The position numbers were made by a program, and so were the translations under genes. A stretch of DNA of 64,000 nucleotides from Atopobium sp. (GTDB lineage: Bacteria > Actinomycetota > Coriobacteriia > Coriobacteriales > Atopobiaceae): NCBI GenBank assembly GCA_022732885.1, contig JAIJTS010000003.1, positions 44,205-108,204 on the forward strand, given 5' to 3'. Below, piece by piece: positions 1 through 11,679 of the stretch (the stretch's first letter is position 1; the number at the start of each line of letters is the position of its first letter). Below the pieces are notes generated by a model. The model worked only from the letters and a program-made list of their open reading frames with translations. It searched no databases and had not been told where the DNA came from.

Positions 1-437
1 TCAGCCATCTTGTACAGGTCCTCACGGCGCTTGACGGATGCACCTACGCCGTTAGTTGCGTCGATGATCTCGTTTGCAAGACGCTCTGCCATGGTCTTCT
101 CTTTACGGCTACGGCTGAAAGTGACCATCCAGCGGATAGCAAGAGTAGTTGCACGACGGGAGTTAACCTCCATTGGGACCTGGTAAGTAGCGCCACCAAC
201 ACGCTTAGGCTTAACCTCAAGTGTTGGGCGAATGTTATCCATAGCCTTCTTGAAGACAGTGAGGGCATCCTCGCCAGTCTTCTCTGCGACGATATCAAAT
301 GCACCGTAGACAATGCGCTCTGCGGTTGCTTTCTTGCCGTCGAGAAGGACCTTGTTAATAAGCTGGGTTACCAGACGATTGTTGTAGACGGCGTCAGGCA
401 TAACCTCACGACGTACTGCTGCTGCGCGACGCGGCAT
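1..437 (-). CDS. rpsG: 30S ribosomal protein S7 (C-terminal end runs off window edge)
   Basis: Minus-strand frame translates from ATG at 437 as [36 protein letters not shown]...[20 protein letters not shown], a canonical S7 sequence. Lies downstream of rpsL as in the str operon. No stop before position 1. Confidence 0.9.
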   Translation of the reverse strand, partial: MPRRAAAVRREVMPDAVYNNRLVTQLINKVLLDGKKATAERIVYGAFDIVAEKTGEDALTVFKKAMDNIRPTLEVKPKRVGGATYQVPMEVNSRRATTLAIRWMVTFSRSRKEKTMAERLANEIIDATNGVGASVKRREDLYKMA

Positions 438-475
438 ATTAATCTCCTAAGAACTAGTTCGAGTAGTGGACGTGA

Positions 476-847
476 TTACTTAGCACGCTTAGTGCCGTAA
501 CGGGAACGGCCCTGAGCACGATTCTGAACTGCTGCGCAGTCGAATGCACCGCGAACAACCTTGTAACGAACACCAGGAAGGTCACGGACACGGCCGCCAC
601 GAACAAGAACAATGGAGTGCTCCTGGAGGTTGTGACCCTCACCAGGAATGTAAGCGGTTACCTCAATGCCATTAACAAGACGAACACGAGCAACCTTACG
701 GAGTGCTGAGTTAGGCTTCTTTGGCGTAGTGGTGAAAACGCGGGTGCAAACACCACGCTTCTGTGGGTTGTGCTGAAGAGCGGCGTTCTTAGACTTTGAC
801 TTGACGCTCACGCGGCCCTTACGTACGAGCTGGTTAATAGTAGGCAA
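476..847 (-). CDS. rpsL: 30S ribosomal protein S12
   Basis: ORF 476..904 contains [11 protein letters not shown]...[19 protein letters not shown]. True start is probably the TTG/Leu codon just before PTINQL (position 847), giving the usual 123 aa. Confidence 0.9.
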   Translation of the reverse strand: MPTINQLVRKGRVSVKSKSKNAALQHNPQKRGVCTRVFTTTPKKPNSALRKVARVRLVNGIEVTAYIPGEGHNLQEHSIVLVRGGRVRDLPGVRYKVVRGAFDCAAVQNRAQGRSRYGTKRAK

Positions 848-1084
848 GATCTTCTCCTTCTTATACCTATCTACCTGCAGTTTTACATATTCGAAAGGCG
901 ACACAGCACTGTCCCCTTGGAATTACGCAGGGAAGTACTTTACGCTGATGAAAGCCACATGTCAACAAGCCACTGTGCCGGGCGTATCTATACTTCATAA
1001 ACTGCACACAATGTAGAATAAAAATAACTTGTCTAACTATCAAAAACCTTTAATGAAAATCCGGTATTCACAATCTTAAAATTT

Positions 1085-1726
1085 TTATAAGAGTTTAATG
1101 CACATATCTTCAACTGCATGAAAGAGGACAGGAGCCAAGACATTCTTTCGAAATATTAAAAATAAAGCTGTGTATAACAGACCATTTCCAATACCAAAGG
1201 TAATATAAGACCAAATAGGTTCAAGATTATTAACATTATTTACAAGCGGAAAGATTATATGAGTTACCCCCCACAATACGTTAGAGAATAATGAACCTAT
1301 AATATATGCTGATACATTAGTGATCTTCCAATATCTTAATAAACCTTCATTAAATTGTTCGGTTAGATAAACTCGGAAGAAAAATTCCTCAGGAAGTGCC
1401 ACTAAAAATAAATAGTGAACCCAAGCGTAAATTCTATCAATATAATTTTCTTGAGATAAAAGAACAGGAATAAATGAAATGAACAATAAAATGGCTATAC
1501 TAAAAGGCTTGAAACTTTTAGCAATAGTATTACTGTAATGTTTTATGGTTATATATACAGGATAAATTGAAATGACCATACTAAAAGCTACTTTACTAAT
1601 GTAACTATTTTCAAACAAATTCGCATTGTATTTATATACTAACGATGCAATACTGATTATAAAAACCAAAATTAAATAACTATAAAGAGCTTCATTCTTG
1701 AATTGTTTTTTCTGTTTATTTTCCAT
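1085..1726 (-). CDS. CPBP family intramembrane glutamic endopeptidase (CAAX protease / Abi-type)
   Basis: 213 aa, multi-TM. Conserved motifs EEFFFR, LWGVTH and FHAVED match the three CPBP motifs. GC about 30%, far below flanking ribosomal genes. Confidence 0.75.
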   Translation of the reverse strand: MENKQKKQFKNEALYSYLILVFIISIASLVYKYNANLFENSYISKVAFSMVISIYPVYITIKHYSNTIAKSFKPFSIAILLFISFIPVLLSQENYIDRIYAWVHYLFLVALPEEFFFRVYLTEQFNEGLLRYWKITNVSAYIIGSLFSNVLWGVTHIIFPLVNNVNNLEPIWSYITFGIGNGLLYTALFLIFRKNVLAPVLFHAVEDMCIKLL

Positions 1727-1835
1727 TCTTACTTCACCGTTCTACATACTAATAATCTCATCACAGATATCTATAATTTCTTTATCGTGCGATTTTAGAT
1801 AGCCATAAAAAGTTGCAAATGACTTCAAATGTCTA

Positions 1836-2219
1836 TTAGTGTTCTTGAAGATGAGCGGCGTGTGCAAGTCCTACGCGAATCAAAGTTGTGACGTGCTCGT
1901 CTGCAAGTGAATAGATAACTTTTCTTCCATCTCTTTTTGCATTTACAAGACCACGATCACGCAAAAGACGCAACTGATGAGAGGTTGCTGACTGAGAAAC
2001 GGAAAGCATTTCCTGCAACTCTGTTACGCTTTTCTCGCCATTTACTAAGGCACCCAAAATCTGAAATCGCGTAAAGTCAGACAGGGCATCAAAAATTTGA
2101 GTTGCATCGTAGATGATGTCATCGTTTACCAGGTAGTCGTTCATTTTCTGATCAGAAACATAATCACAGGTAAAATGAGCGTGATTGCCCTGTTCAGAAT
2201 CGTTGGAGTGACTATCCAT
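1836..2219 (-). CDS. ArsR/SmtB family metal-responsive transcriptional repressor
   Basis: 127 aa. HTH region LSDFTRFQILGALVNGEKSVTELQEMLSVSQSATSHQLRLLRDRGLV. His-rich C-terminus (LAHAAHLQEH) resembles an alpha5 metal site. Confidence 0.8.
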   Translation of the reverse strand: MDSHSNDSEQGNHAHFTCDYVSDQKMNDYLVNDDIIYDATQIFDALSDFTRFQILGALVNGEKSVTELQEMLSVSQSATSHQLRLLRDRGLVNAKRDGRKVIYSLADEHVTTLIRVGLAHAAHLQEH

Positions 2220-2319
2220 TTGCTATTCCAATCCTTTTAAAAGCACGAAGTAAATGACTAAACGAAAGTTAATCTTTAATGATTAGTATATACCGATACT
2301 TCCTTATATCAGCACAACT

Positions 2320-2353
2320 AAAGAGGACTCCAGCTAACGGCTGAAGTCCTCTT
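2320..2353 (-). terminator. Putative rho-independent terminator downstream of rpoC
   Basis: Perfect 9-bp inverted repeat aagaggact/agtcctctt with 15-nt loop, directly 3' of the rpoC stop on the minus strand. Trailing sequence is only moderately T-rich. Confidence 0.45.
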
Positions 2354-2403
2354 GTGTATCGAAGATTACCTCCGAAAGAATTTGATAGAGCGGGCGAGGT
2401 TAT

Positions 2404-5400
2404 TTACTCGTCGTCCCCTGCCTCAGCGTCCATGCGAACAACCTGGTTAAGGAGGTCATCCAAAGAGCCAAGGTCCTCATTGATTACATCTGGGCTAACC
2501 TCGTCGGAAGAAGAACCGATGAGTGTCTCAGTGTAATCAGAGTGAGTGGATGGAGCTGCAGAGCCCAGCATCAGTCCGCCATCGCCTTCTGGCGAGAAGA
2601 CCATGTTGAGCAGCTGAGAAAGATCCTCAGAATCTGCCTCATCCTCTTCTGGCTCAAGAATGTAGAGAAGGTTACGAGCCTCAAGACCATCGCGGAGCTC
2701 CTCGATTGCCTTTGCACCAATACCATCGATGCGAAGCAGGTCTTCCTCGGTCTTACCGATAAGATCGCCTACGGTCTCAATGCCAACCTCGCTGAACTTG
2801 TTGGTCCAACGCTGTGACACGCCAAGATCGTCGAAGAGATACAGCTTTGCATCCTCACTTGAAAGCGTACGGCCATTCTTGGAGTAAACGCCACCGTTGT
2901 AATCCTCGTTGACCCAATCAAGCTGCTTAGGAAGCTGCTCCTCAATGTCCTTAAGCTCCACTGGTGCCCAGTCTGGAAGAGACTTAGCAAAAGAAGAGGT
3001 TGGACCATCAATCTTGGTACCGTGATACGTAAGCTCAACATCATTGTATGCGGAAAGACCAGTACCTGCAGGAATCTGCTTACCAACAATGACGTTGGAC
3101 TTGAGGTCAAGCAGGTGGTCAACATCGCCCTCGATAGCTGCAGAAGTAAGAACACCTGCAGTACGGATGAACGATGCGCTAGAGAGCCAAGAATCGATAG
3201 AGCTTGCAACCTTTAGCGTACCAAGAATTGCTGGCTCTGCCTCTGGTGGAGTACCACCAGCAAGAGCAATGTTCTGGACAGTCTCTGCGAATACATAGCG
3301 GTCCACATACTGACCAAGCAGGTACGAAGAGTCACCTGGGTTGGTAACCTGAACGCGGCGAAGCATCTGACGTGCGATAACCTCGATGTGCTTATCGTTG
3401 AGTTCTACACCCTGGGAAGTATAGACGTCCTTAACGGACTCAACGAAGGTGTGCATAGTGGACTCAATGTCGGTGAGTCGACGGAGCATACGGAAGTTGA
3501 CAAAGCCGCGGGTAATCTGGTCGCCAGCACGGACAACTACGCCATCCTCAATGCCAGGCATGAAGCGGACGGATGCAGGTACACGCCACTCCTCGATAAC
3601 ACGGGAAGCATCGTCTGCATCAACAATACGCAGCAGGTACTCGGTGGTCTCTGGGGTAATGTGAAGAACACCAGAAACAGGAGCCAGGTCAGCCTCGCGA
3701 CCAAGAATCTTCTCGTTGACGTTGCCAACAACATCAAACATACGAGCAACGGTAGGAAGACCCTGCGTAATATCGTCTGCGCCTGCAACACCACCAGAGT
3801 GAATGGTACGCATGGTTAACTGAGTACCAGGCTCACCAATGGACTGAGCTGCGATAATACCAACTGCAGTACCAATGTTGACAGGACGACGGGTGGAAAG
3901 ATCCCAGCCGTAGCACTTCTGGCAGACGCCGTACTTAGACTTACAGGTCAGAAGCGCGCGGAGCTGAACCTTAGCAAGGCCATGCTCAACAAGACGCTCA
4001 AGATCCTGCTTGGACTCAACATAGCCACCAGCAGGGATAAGAACCTCACCGGTGTTTGGATCGCATACATCCTCGAGGGTGCAGCGGCCAATCAGGTCAG
4101 TATTAACAGAAGTCTGACCAGGCTTGATCAGAGGATAGGTGACTGCCTCATCAGTACCGCAGTCCTCCTCGCGAACAATGACGTCCTGTGCAACGTCGAC
4201 AAGACGACGAGTCAGGTAACCAGAGTCGGAAGTGTGGGATGCAGTATCTACCAGGCCCTTACGAGCGCCATAGGTAGAAATGAAGTACTCAAGAGGCTCA
4301 AGACCCTCACGGAAGTTTGCCTTAATTGGAAGGTCAATGGTTTCACCGGACATATCCGCCATCAGGCCTCGCATACCAGCAAGCTGGCGAAGCTGTGTCT
4401 TAGAACCACGAGCTCCAGAGTCAGCCATCATGTAAATTGGGTTGTTCTCTGCAAAGCCTGCAAGCATCTCAGAGCCGAGAAGATCGGTGCACTCGGTCCA
4501 TGCGTTAACAACCTCAACGTGACGCTCTCGCTCGGAGAGGAAGCCGTCCTCGTAGTACTCGTTGATCTGATCAACGCGGTCCTGTGCCTCCTGAAGCAGC
4601 TGTGGCTTGTGTGGAGGAATGACAGCGTCCCAAACAGAAACGGTCAGACCAGCAAGGGTTGCATAGTGGAAACCTGTCTTTTTGATGTTGTCCAGAATTG
4701 GCTCAACATCAGCCATTGGATAGCGGTCGCAGCAATCGTTGACCAAAACGCCAATGTCAGACTTAACCATCTTGTAGTTAATGTATGGGTAATCCTCTGG
4801 CAGGCACTGACGGTTGAAGATAATGCGACCAACAGTGGTCTCAAAACGCTTGGTACCCTCAGTAACATCCAGATCCTCATACTGACCGCGGCCAGTCATA
4901 ACGCGGAAGATAGCACGATCGCTATCAGCAACGTTTGCATCCTTGGAGCTTACGCGGACAACAACCTTTGCCTGAAGATCAAGGTCACGGTTGGCCTCAA
5001 TAGCCAGAAGAGCATCCTCAAAGCTTGCAAAGGTAAGAGTCTTAGCGTCTTCACCGGTCTTCTCGGAAGTGAGGTAGTAGACGCCAAAGACCATATCCTG
5101 AGAAGGAACGGTCAAAACCTTACCAGAAGCAGGGCTTCTGAGGTTGTTGCTGGAAAGCATCAGAATGCGAGCCTCTGTCTGTGCCTGAGTAGAAAGCGGC
5201 ACGTGGACAGACATCTGGTCGCCGTCGAAGTCTGCGTTAAATGGTGCGCAGACCAGTGGGTGCAGGTGGATAGCCTTACCCTCGATAAGAACTGGCTCAA
5301 ATGCCTGGATAGACAGACGGTGAAGGGTAGGTGCGCGGTTGAGAAGAACGAGGCGGTCCTGAATAACCTCATCCAGAACGTCCCAAACAACTGGGGTACC

Positions 5401-6831
5401 ACGGTCAATAGCGCGCTTTGCGCCCTTGATATTTTCTACCTTGCGGAGCTCAACCAAACGACGCATGACAAATGGCTTGAAGAGCTCAAGTGCCATAGCA
5501 GATGGAAGACCGCACTGGTGCAGCTTCAGGTGTGGGTCAACAACAATAACGGAACGGCCAGAGTAGTCAACACGCTTACCCAGAAGGTTCTGACGGAAAC
5601 GACCTTGCTTACCCTTAAGAGCCTCAGCAAGAGACTTCAGAGGACGTCCACCACGACCAGTGACGGGACGACCACGGCGACCATTGTCAAACAAAGCGTC
5701 AACGGACTCCTGAAGCATGCGCTTCTCGTTGTTAACAATGATAGAAGGTGCCTCAAGGTCAAGCAGGCGCTTAAGACGATTGTTGCGGTTAATAACACGA
5801 CGATACAAATCGTTTAAGTCGGAAGCTGCAAAACGGCCACCATCAAGCTGAACCATAGGACGAAGATCAGGTGGAATAACTGGTACAACGTCAAGAATCA
5901 TGTTAGCTGGATCGTTGCCACCCTTAAGGAAAGCGTCAACAATCTCAAGGCGTTTAATAGCCTTCTCGCGCTTTTGCTTCTGAGCATCCTCATTGGCGAT
6001 AATAGCGCGGAGCTCCTTGGCCTCTTTCTCAAGGTCAATGTTGGAGAGAAGGTCGCGGACAGCCTCTGCACCCATGCCGCCCTTGAAGTAGATGCCATAG
6101 TAGCGCTTAAGCTCGGAGAACAGACCCTCATCGGAGATGAGCTCTCTAGTCTCAAGCTGCATGAACTTCTCGAAAGCCTCACGACGAAGTGTCTTCTCTT
6201 CCTCGTACTCTTCCTCAAGATCGGCAACGCCTGCGCGAATCTCATCCTCAGAAAGAGGCTCAAAATCGCCAAACTCGTCATCTTGTGGCTGGCCCTGCTC
6301 ACGAAGGCGTGCGATCTGATCGTCACGCTCTGCATCGAGCTCTTCAAGGTCTGCTGCAAGCTCCTCACGAAGATCGTCTACGTCAGCCTCACGTGCCTCA
6401 GTGTCAACACTGGTGATTACGTAAGATGCAAAGTAGAGGACTTTCTCGAGGTCCTTGCTCTTGATATCAAGAAGACGTGCCAGAGGGAAGCTGGTTGGAC
6501 TCTTGAAGTACCAAATGTGGCTTACAGGAGCAGCAAGCTCGATGTGGCCCATGCGGTCACGACGAACCTTTGCGGTGGTTACTTCAACACCGCAGCGCTC
6601 GCAGGTAATGCCCTTGAAGCGAATGCCTTTGTACTTACCGCAGGCGCACTCCCAGTCCCTTACAGGTCCAAAGATCTTCTCGCAGAAAAGGCCGTCCTTT
6701 TCTGGCTTAAGGGTACGGTAGTTGATGGTCTCAGGCTTCTTTACCTCGCCATAGGACCAACCGCGGATATCATCAGCAGACGCTAGAGAAATTTTAATAG
6801 CGTCAAATTCAGTGGAATCGAAATCTGCCAC
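2404..6831 (-). CDS. rpoC: DNA-directed RNA polymerase subunit beta' with C-terminal HhH/acidic extension
   Basis: 1475 aa. N-terminus [68 protein letters not shown] and zinc-finger Cys motif. Conserved NADFDGD. Immediately downstream of rpoB. Confidence 0.97.
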   Translation of the reverse strand: MADFDSTEFDAIKISLASADDIRGWSYGEVKKPETINYRTLKPEKDGLFCEKIFGPVRDWECACGKYKGIRFKGITCERCGVEVTTAKVRRDRMGHIELAAPVSHIWYFKSPTSFPLARLLDIKSKDLEKVLYFASYVITSVDTEAREADVDDLREELAADLEELDAERDDQIARLREQGQPQDDEFGDFEPLSEDEIRAGVADLEEEYEEEKTLRREAFEKFMQLETRELISDEGLFSELKRYYGIYFKGGMGAEAVRDLLSNIDLEKEAKELRAIIANEDAQKQKREKAIKRLEIVDAFLKGGNDPANMILDVVPVIPPDLRPMVQLDGGRFAASDLNDLYRRVINRNNRLKRLLDLEAPSIIVNNEKRMLQESVDALFDNGRRGRPVTGRGGRPLKSLAEALKGKQGRFRQNLLGKRVDYSGRSVIVVDPHLKLHQCGLPSAMALELFKPFVMRRLVELRKVENIKGAKRAIDRGTPVVWDVLDEVIQDRLVLLNRAPTLHRLSIQAFEPVLIEGKAIHLHPLVCAPFNADFDGDQMSVHVPLSTQAQTEARILMLSSNNLRSPASGKVLTVPSQDMVFGVYYLTSEKTGEDAKTLTFASFEDALLAIEANRDLDLQAKVVVRVSSKDANVADSDRAIFRVMTGRGQYEDLDVTEGTKRFETTVGRIIFNRQCLPEDYPYINYKMVKSDIGVLVNDCCDRYPMADVEPILDNIKKTGFHYATLAGLTVSVWDAVIPPHKPQLLQEAQDRVDQINEYYEDGFLSERERHVEVVNAWTECTDLLGSEMLAGFAENNPIYMMADSGARGSKTQLRQLAGMRGLMADMSGETIDLPIKANFREGLEPLEYFISTYGARKGLVDTASHTSDSGYLTRRLVDVAQDVIVREEDCGTDEAVTYPLIKPGQTSVNTDLIGRCTLEDVCDPNTGEVLIPAGGYVESKQDLERLVEHGLAKVQLRALLTCKSKYGVCQKCYGWDLSTRRPVNIGTAVGIIAAQSIGEPGTQLTMRTIHSGGVAGADDITQGLPTVARMFDVVGNVNEKILGREADLAPVSGVLHITPETTEYLLRIVDADDASRVIEEWRVPASVRFMPGIEDGVVVRAGDQITRGFVNFRMLRRLTDIESTMHTFVESVKDVYTSQGVELNDKHIEVIARQMLRRVQVTNPGDSSYLLGQYVDRYVFAETVQNIALAGGTPPEAEPAILGTLKVASSIDSWLSSASFIRTAGVLTSAAIEGDVDHLLDLKSNVIVGKQIPAGTGLSAYNDVELTYHGTKIDGPTSSFAKSLPDWAPVELKDIEEQLPKQLDWVNEDYNGGVYSKNGRTLSSEDAKLYLFDDLGVSQRWTNKFSEVGIETVGDLIGKTEEDLLRIDGIGAKAIEELRDGLEARNLLYILEPEEDEADSEDLSQLLNMVFSPEGDGGLMLGSAAPSTHSDYTETLIGSSSDEVSPDVINEDLGSLDDLLNQVVRMDAEAGDDE

Positions 6832-6836
6832 AGTCG

Positions 6837-9800
6837 CTACTCCTTATCGGTGGTCGCGTCGCCTACAAGTGCGGATGCACCCTCAGCGTCTTGGGACAGG
6901 TCGGAAGCGGTTACCTCAGTAAAGCCAAGGTCGTTGAGGATCTCAACAGCGTTCTTCTCCTCAGGATCTGTGACCTTTGCGGTATTAGCACGCTTACGAT
7001 AGGAGATTGGCTCAATGTCAAGTGCCAGGGAGCGAATCTCTTTGACCAGAACCTTGAAGGACTCAGGAATTCCTGCAGTAGGAATGTTCTCGCCCTTAAC
7101 AATGGACTCATAGGTCTTAACACGGCCGTTGGTATCGTCAGACTTAACGGTGAGAATCTCCTGGAGGACGTTAGCAGCACCGTATGCATACAGTGCCCAA
7201 ACCTCCATCTCACCAAAGCGCTGACCACCAAACTGTGCCTTACCACCCAGAGGCTGCTGGGTAACAAGAGAGTAAGGACCAGTTGAACGTGCGTGGATCT
7301 TATCGTCAACCATGTGACCGAGCTTCAGGATGTAAGAGACGCCAACGGTAATTGGGCTCTTGAATGCCTCGCCGGTACGACCATCGTAGAGGGTAGTCTT
7401 ACCACGCTCGTTGAGCTGTGGAACAAACTCCTCACGCATGTCCTCGCCGTACTCTTTGAGAGCCTTGTTGATCATGTTGATATTGGTGCGGCGAACAATC
7501 TCTGCAACGGACTCATCAGTAGCACCGTCAAAGAGTGGTGTTGCAACAGGAATTGGGCCTTCAACGTAACGCTTAGAATCTGCGTCATCGTCATCCCAAC
7601 CATGTGCAGCGCCCCAACCAAGGTGGCACTCAAGCAGCTGACCAACGTTCATACGAGAAGGAACGCCCAGTGGGTCGAGAATAACGTCTACTGGGGTACC
7701 GTCTGCCATGTAAGGCATGTCCTCAACAGGGAGAACCTTACAAATAACACCCTTGTTACCGTGACGACCAGCAATCTTATCGCCTTGCTGGATCTTTCTA
7801 CGCTGAGCAACAAAGACGCGGACCAGGTCATTTACTCCTGGAGGCAGGTCGTCTCCAGCCTCACGGCTGAAGCGGACAACGTCAACAACGCGGCCATAGG
7901 AGCCGTGTGGCATCTTAAGGGAAGTATCACGAACGTCGTGTGCCTTAGCACCAAAGATTGCGCGAAGCAGGCGCTCTTCTGCGGTCAGAGCGGTCTCACC
8001 CTTAGGAGTGACCTTACCAACCAGAATATCGCCAGGGCCAACCTCAGCGCCGATGCGGATGATACCGTCATCATCGAGGTTTGCGAGCATGTCCTCACCA
8101 AGGTTAGGAATCTCGCGGGTAATCTCCTCAGCACCAAGCTTGGTGTCACGAGCATCAATCTCGTGACGAGAAATGTTAACGGAGGTCAGAAGGTCTTCCT
8201 GAACAACACGCTCGGAGACGATAATACCGTCCTCGTAGTTGTAGCCTTCCCATGGCATGTAAGCAACGGTAAGGTTTGCACCAAGTGCCAGCTCAGAGTG
8301 ATCGACAGATGGGCCATCTGCGATTGGCTGACCCTTCTCAACCTGCTGTCCAACAGTAACAATTGGACGGTGGTTGATGCAGGTAGACTGGTTAGAGCGC
8401 TCGTACTTAGGAAGATCGTAGCGCTGAGAACCGTGCTCATCGGAGTAGATGACAACGTGAGCTGCGTCTACCTCGGTGACCTCGCCTGCAAACTCTGCGC
8501 AAATAAGCTCGCCAGAGTCCTGAGCTGCGCGGCCCTCCATGCCAGTTCCAACATAAGGAGCGTGGGACTGAATCAGAGGCACTGCCTGACGCTGCATGTT
8601 TGCACCCATGAGGGTACGCTTTGCATCGTCGTGCTCAAGGAATGGAATGAGGTTAGCTGCGACGGAGAGAAGCTGACGTGGAGAAACATCCATGTAGTCA
8701 ACGTCCTCAACAGGAACCTGTGCAGGTGCACCGAAGGAACCGTCGAAGTCGCGAGTACGTGCAATAACACGGTCTGCATTTACAACCTTGCCGTCTGCGT
8801 CAACCTCAACAAACTTCTTAGACTTAGGGTCAATTGGGGTATTAGCAGGAGCAATAATGTGATTCTCCTCCTCGTCTGCAGTCATCCAAACGATGTCGTC
8901 AGAAACAACGCCACCTGTAACCTTACGATAAGGAGCTTCAATAAAGCCGTACTCATTTACGTGAGCATACAGTGCCAAGGAGCCGATAAGACCAATGTTT
9001 GGTCCCTCAGGAGTCTCGATTGGGCACATACGGGAGTAGTGCGAGTTGTGAACGTCGCGGACTGCGGTAGGAACGTTGGTACGACGGCTGGAGCCGGACT
9101 TGTGTCCTGCAAGACCGCCAGGTCCCAGAGCAGAAAGACGACGCTTGTGAGTCAAACCAGCAAGTGGGTTTGCCTGGTCCATGAACTGTGAAAGCTGAGA
9201 AGAACCGAAGAACTCCTTGATTGCAGCAACAATTGGACGGATGTTGATCAGAGACTGTGGAGTGATGTCGTCTGCGTCCTGAGATGCCATGCGCTCACGG
9301 ACAACACGCTCCATACGGCTCATACCAATGCGGAACTGGTTCTGGACCAGCTCACCAACGGTACGAACGCGGCGGTTGCCAAAGTGGTCAATGTCATCAA
9401 GGTGCTTAGACTCATCACCTGCGTGCACTGCAAGAAGATACTTTAGAGCTGCGACGATATCCTCTTTGGTAAGGACACGTACGTCTGCAGGAATCTCTTC
9501 CTCAAGCTTCTTGTTAATCTTGTAACGACCAACGCGAGCAAGGTCATAGCGCTGCTCATTGAAGAAGAGGCCGTCAAGCAGAGAACGGGCAGAGTCAACA
9601 GTTGGTGGCTCGCCTGGACGCTGACGACGATAAATCTCGATAAGAGCATCCTCACGTGTAGTAGCAACATCACGCTCAAGTGTGTTGCGAACAACATCGG
9701 AATCACCAAGGAGCGAGAGAATCTCGTCATCGGTAACAGCGATGCCAAGTGCACGGAGGAAGACAGTAGCGCTCTGGCGACGCTTGCGGTCAATAGAGAC

Positions 9801-10352
9801 GACCAGATGGCCGCGCTTATCAACCTCAAACTCAAGCCATGCACCACGTGCAGGAATGAACTGAGACTTGTGGACCAAAACACCGTTGTCCATCTCTGAC
9901 GAGAAGTACACGCCAGGTGAACGAACGAGCTGAGAAACCACAACACGCTCAGAACCGTTGATGATGAAGGTGCCGCGCTCAGTCATCAGTGGGAAATCGC
10001 CCATGAAGACAAGCTGCTCCTTCATCTCACCAGTCTCTTTATTGACAAAACGGACGTCAACAAAAAGAGGTGCTTGATATGAAATGTCTTTTGCACGACA
10101 CTCAGCCATTGAATTGGCAGGGTCGCCAAACTGATGGTCACCAAAGGTGACCTGCATGGTTCCAGCGCTGTTCTCAATTGGCGAGAACTCAGCGAAGGAC
10201 TCTGCAAGGCCCTCTCCCATAAAGCGCTCAAATGATTCCTTCTGTACAGAAATCAGATTTGGCAGCTCCATAGCTGCGGGAATCTTACTGAACGTCCTGC
10301 GTCCAGTATGCGCCTGAGGCGTGGTGAGGGAAGTCTTTTTAGCGGTAGACAC
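6837..10352 (-). CDS. rpoB: DNA-directed RNA polymerase subunit beta
   Basis: Canonical beta-subunit sequence throughout. ORF reaches 10397 on a TTG. A GTG at 10352 is preceded by GAAGGAGGA at 7-nt spacing and is the more likely start (about 1171 aa). Confidence 0.95.
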   Translation of the reverse strand: MSTAKKTSLTTPQAHTGRRTFSKIPAAMELPNLISVQKESFERFMGEGLAESFAEFSPIENSAGTMQVTFGDHQFGDPANSMAECRAKDISYQAPLFVDVRFVNKETGEMKEQLVFMGDFPLMTERGTFIINGSERVVVSQLVRSPGVYFSSEMDNGVLVHKSQFIPARGAWLEFEVDKRGHLVVSIDRKRRQSATVFLRALGIAVTDDEILSLLGDSDVVRNTLERDVATTREDALIEIYRRQRPGEPPTVDSARSLLDGLFFNEQRYDLARVGRYKINKKLEEEIPADVRVLTKEDIVAALKYLLAVHAGDESKHLDDIDHFGNRRVRTVGELVQNQFRIGMSRMERVVRERMASQDADDITPQSLINIRPIVAAIKEFFGSSQLSQFMDQANPLAGLTHKRRLSALGPGGLAGHKSGSSRRTNVPTAVRDVHNSHYSRMCPIETPEGPNIGLIGSLALYAHVNEYGFIEAPYRKVTGGVVSDDIVWMTADEEENHIIAPANTPIDPKSKKFVEVDADGKVVNADRVIARTRDFDGSFGAPAQVPVEDVDYMDVSPRQLLSVAANLIPFLEHDDAKRTLMGANMQRQAVPLIQSHAPYVGTGMEGRAAQDSGELICAEFAGEVTEVDAAHVVIYSDEHGSQRYDLPKYERSNQSTCINHRPIVTVGQQVEKGQPIADGPSVDHSELALGANLTVAYMPWEGYNYEDGIIVSERVVQEDLLTSVNISRHEIDARDTKLGAEEITREIPNLGEDMLANLDDDGIIRIGAEVGPGDILVGKVTPKGETALTAEERLLRAIFGAKAHDVRDTSLKMPHGSYGRVVDVVRFSREAGDDLPPGVNDLVRVFVAQRRKIQQGDKIAGRHGNKGVICKVLPVEDMPYMADGTPVDVILDPLGVPSRMNVGQLLECHLGWGAAHGWDDDDADSKRYVEGPIPVATPLFDGATDESVAEIVRRTNINMINKALKEYGEDMREEFVPQLNERGKTTLYDGRTGEAFKSPITVGVSYILKLGHMVDDKIHARSTGPYSLVTQQPLGGKAQFGGQRFGEMEVWALYAYGAANVLQEILTVKSDDTNGRVKTYESIVKGENIPTAGIPESFKVLVKEIRSLALDIEPISYRKRANTAKVTDPEEKNAVEILNDLGFTEVTASDLSQDAEGASALVGDATTDKE

Positions 10353-10624
10353 CAGGTTGTCCTCCTTCAAAAGGGTGGAAGGTGGCAATTGTCGCAACCT
10401 AGTAATTTAGTCAAGATTTTAATTTGCGTCAACATAAAAACACTTGATTTTTTAAGACGTTTTGACTATATTATCGCGTTTATGTTTTTCAACTGCACAA
10501 ACGTTATGCTGCAGGTAAATCCTTAAATAGCTTGTCTTTTTTATATGTGAAGATTTTATGAAGAAGTCCTATGAAGGCGGAAATCGCTTTCGGTGAGCAG
10601 CTCTCCCCCTGCTGTCTTGCTTTA

Positions 10625-10790
10625 CACGGCGCTCCATGCGCTCCGAGCGCACGGGTTTCTCGCCAGGTGCAGGTACGAGCGCGGCTGCGAGCGCACGGGT
10701 TTCTCGCCACACGCACCAACCTTTTCCTGCGTGCGCAGCTGCGAGCGCGCGGGTTTCTCGCCACACGCGCTAGCCTTTTGCTGCGTGCGC
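10625..10790. repeat. Tandem ~54-bp direct repeats (2.5 copies) each carrying GGGTTTCTCGCCA
   Basis: Units gctgcgagcgcRcgggtttctcgccacacgcNNNNNccttttNctgcgtgcg. Exact 13-mer at 10653, 10696, 10750. The four overlapping ORFs called here on both strands are repeat artefacts. Confidence 0.7.
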
Positions 10791-10819
10791 CTAAAAAGTG
10801 CAAAGAATCTGTATTTGAG

Positions 10820-10906
10820 CCACCGAATCTTTTACAAAATCAGGCAAATCCACAGAATCTTTGATACTTTTAGGCAAAATCCACCGATTCTTTTAAGAAA
10901 TCAGGC
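10820..10906. repeat. Three imperfect ~30-bp direct repeats (ccacMgaatcttt..aaatcaggc)
   Basis: Units at 10820-10845, 10846-10875 and 10876-10906, read directly from sequence. Confidence 0.6.
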
Positions 10907-11005
10907 GCGAGAAGAACTAGGACAAGTCATCCTGAATTCACGAGCAGCACACCGGATTTATGAGCCTGAAATGCACACCAAGTCTGAGCAAAAGTACTCA
11001 GATAA

Positions 11006-11065
11006 GGCGAGAAAAACAGGCAAATCACTCAGACATGGCGAGAAAATCCGGCAAATCGCTCAGAC
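11006..11065. repeat. Two ~30-bp direct repeats (ggcgagaaaaNcNggcaaatcRctcagac)
   Basis: Adjacent copies at 11006-11034 and 11035-11065. They contain GGCGAGAAA, the reverse complement of the TTTCTCGCC core. Confidence 0.6.
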
Positions 11066-11108
11066 TTGATGTACTTTTCAGGCTACAACAAAGCCTTTCT
11101 CGCCAGGC

Positions 11109-11143
11109 AAACAAAAAAGAGGCCAGACTAAAGTCTGACCTCT
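11109..11143 (-). terminator. Rho-independent terminator after rplL
   Basis: Minus-strand hairpin gaggtcagac-ttta-gtctggcctc (one G:U pair) followed by a UUUUUUG run. Lies 25 nt downstream of the rplL stop. Confidence 0.55.
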
Positions 11144-11166
11144 TCAGTAAGCTATTTAGGAAGGAC

Positions 11167-11547
11167 TTACTTAAGGGTGACGGTAGCGCCAGCCTCCTCG
11201 AGCTGAGCCTTAGCAGCCTCAGCGTCCTCCTTCTTTGCGCCCTCGAGGACAGCCTTAGGAGCACCCTCGACGACCTCCTTTGCCTCCTTGAGGCCAAGGT
11301 TGGTAAGAGCACGGACAACCTTGATGACGCCGATCTTGTTGTCGCCGAAGCCCTCGAGGATAACGTCAAAGTTGGACTTCTCCTCTGCCTCCTCAGCAGC
11401 GCCACCAGCTACAGGAGCAGCAGCAACAGCTACAGGAGCAGCAGCGGAAACGCCGAAGACGTCCTCAAGCTCGTGAACGAGCTCAGAAAGCTCGAGTGCT
11501 GGCATCTCTTTAAGGGCCTCAATGATCTCATCTTTAGTGACAGCCAT
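11167..11547 (-). CDS. rplL: 50S ribosomal protein L7/L12
   Basis: 126 aa. [38 protein letters not shown], Ala/Pro hinge, and C-terminal domain [33 protein letters not shown]. Confidence 0.95.
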   Translation of the reverse strand: MAVTKDEIIEALKEMPALELSELVHELEDVFGVSAAAPVAVAAAPVAGGAAEEAEEKSNFDVILEGFGDNKIGVIKVVRALTNLGLKEAKEVVEGAPKAVLEGAKKEDAEAAKAQLEEAGATVTLK

Positions 11548-11679
11548 GTCAATTCTCCTTTTTAAACGATGCAGCCTTTGTACTGCATCTGGGCAAAAGC
11601 CCGGCTTGTATAAGTACGATTGAGTGCATCTACACTCTCACGCGGTTTGCGCCAATGCGCGGGTACAACAAAACGTTGC

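Noticed and set aside
3982-5817. 611-aa ORF on plus strand
   Set aside because: Entirely antisense to rpoC. Low-complexity translation, no RBS context. Typical shadow ORF of a long gene.
7293-9191. 632-aa ORF on plus strand
   Set aside because: Antisense to rpoB. Shadow ORF.
10625-10790. Possible CRISPR array
   Set aside because: Spacers between the conserved cores are themselves repeated (true tandem repeat, 54-bp period). Only 2.5 units. No cas genes.
10504-11069. Four overlapping 65-158-aa ORFs on both strands in the rplL-rpoB spacer
   Set aside because: Generated by GC-rich tandem repeats. Ala/Arg-rich repetitive translations in mutually exclusive frames.
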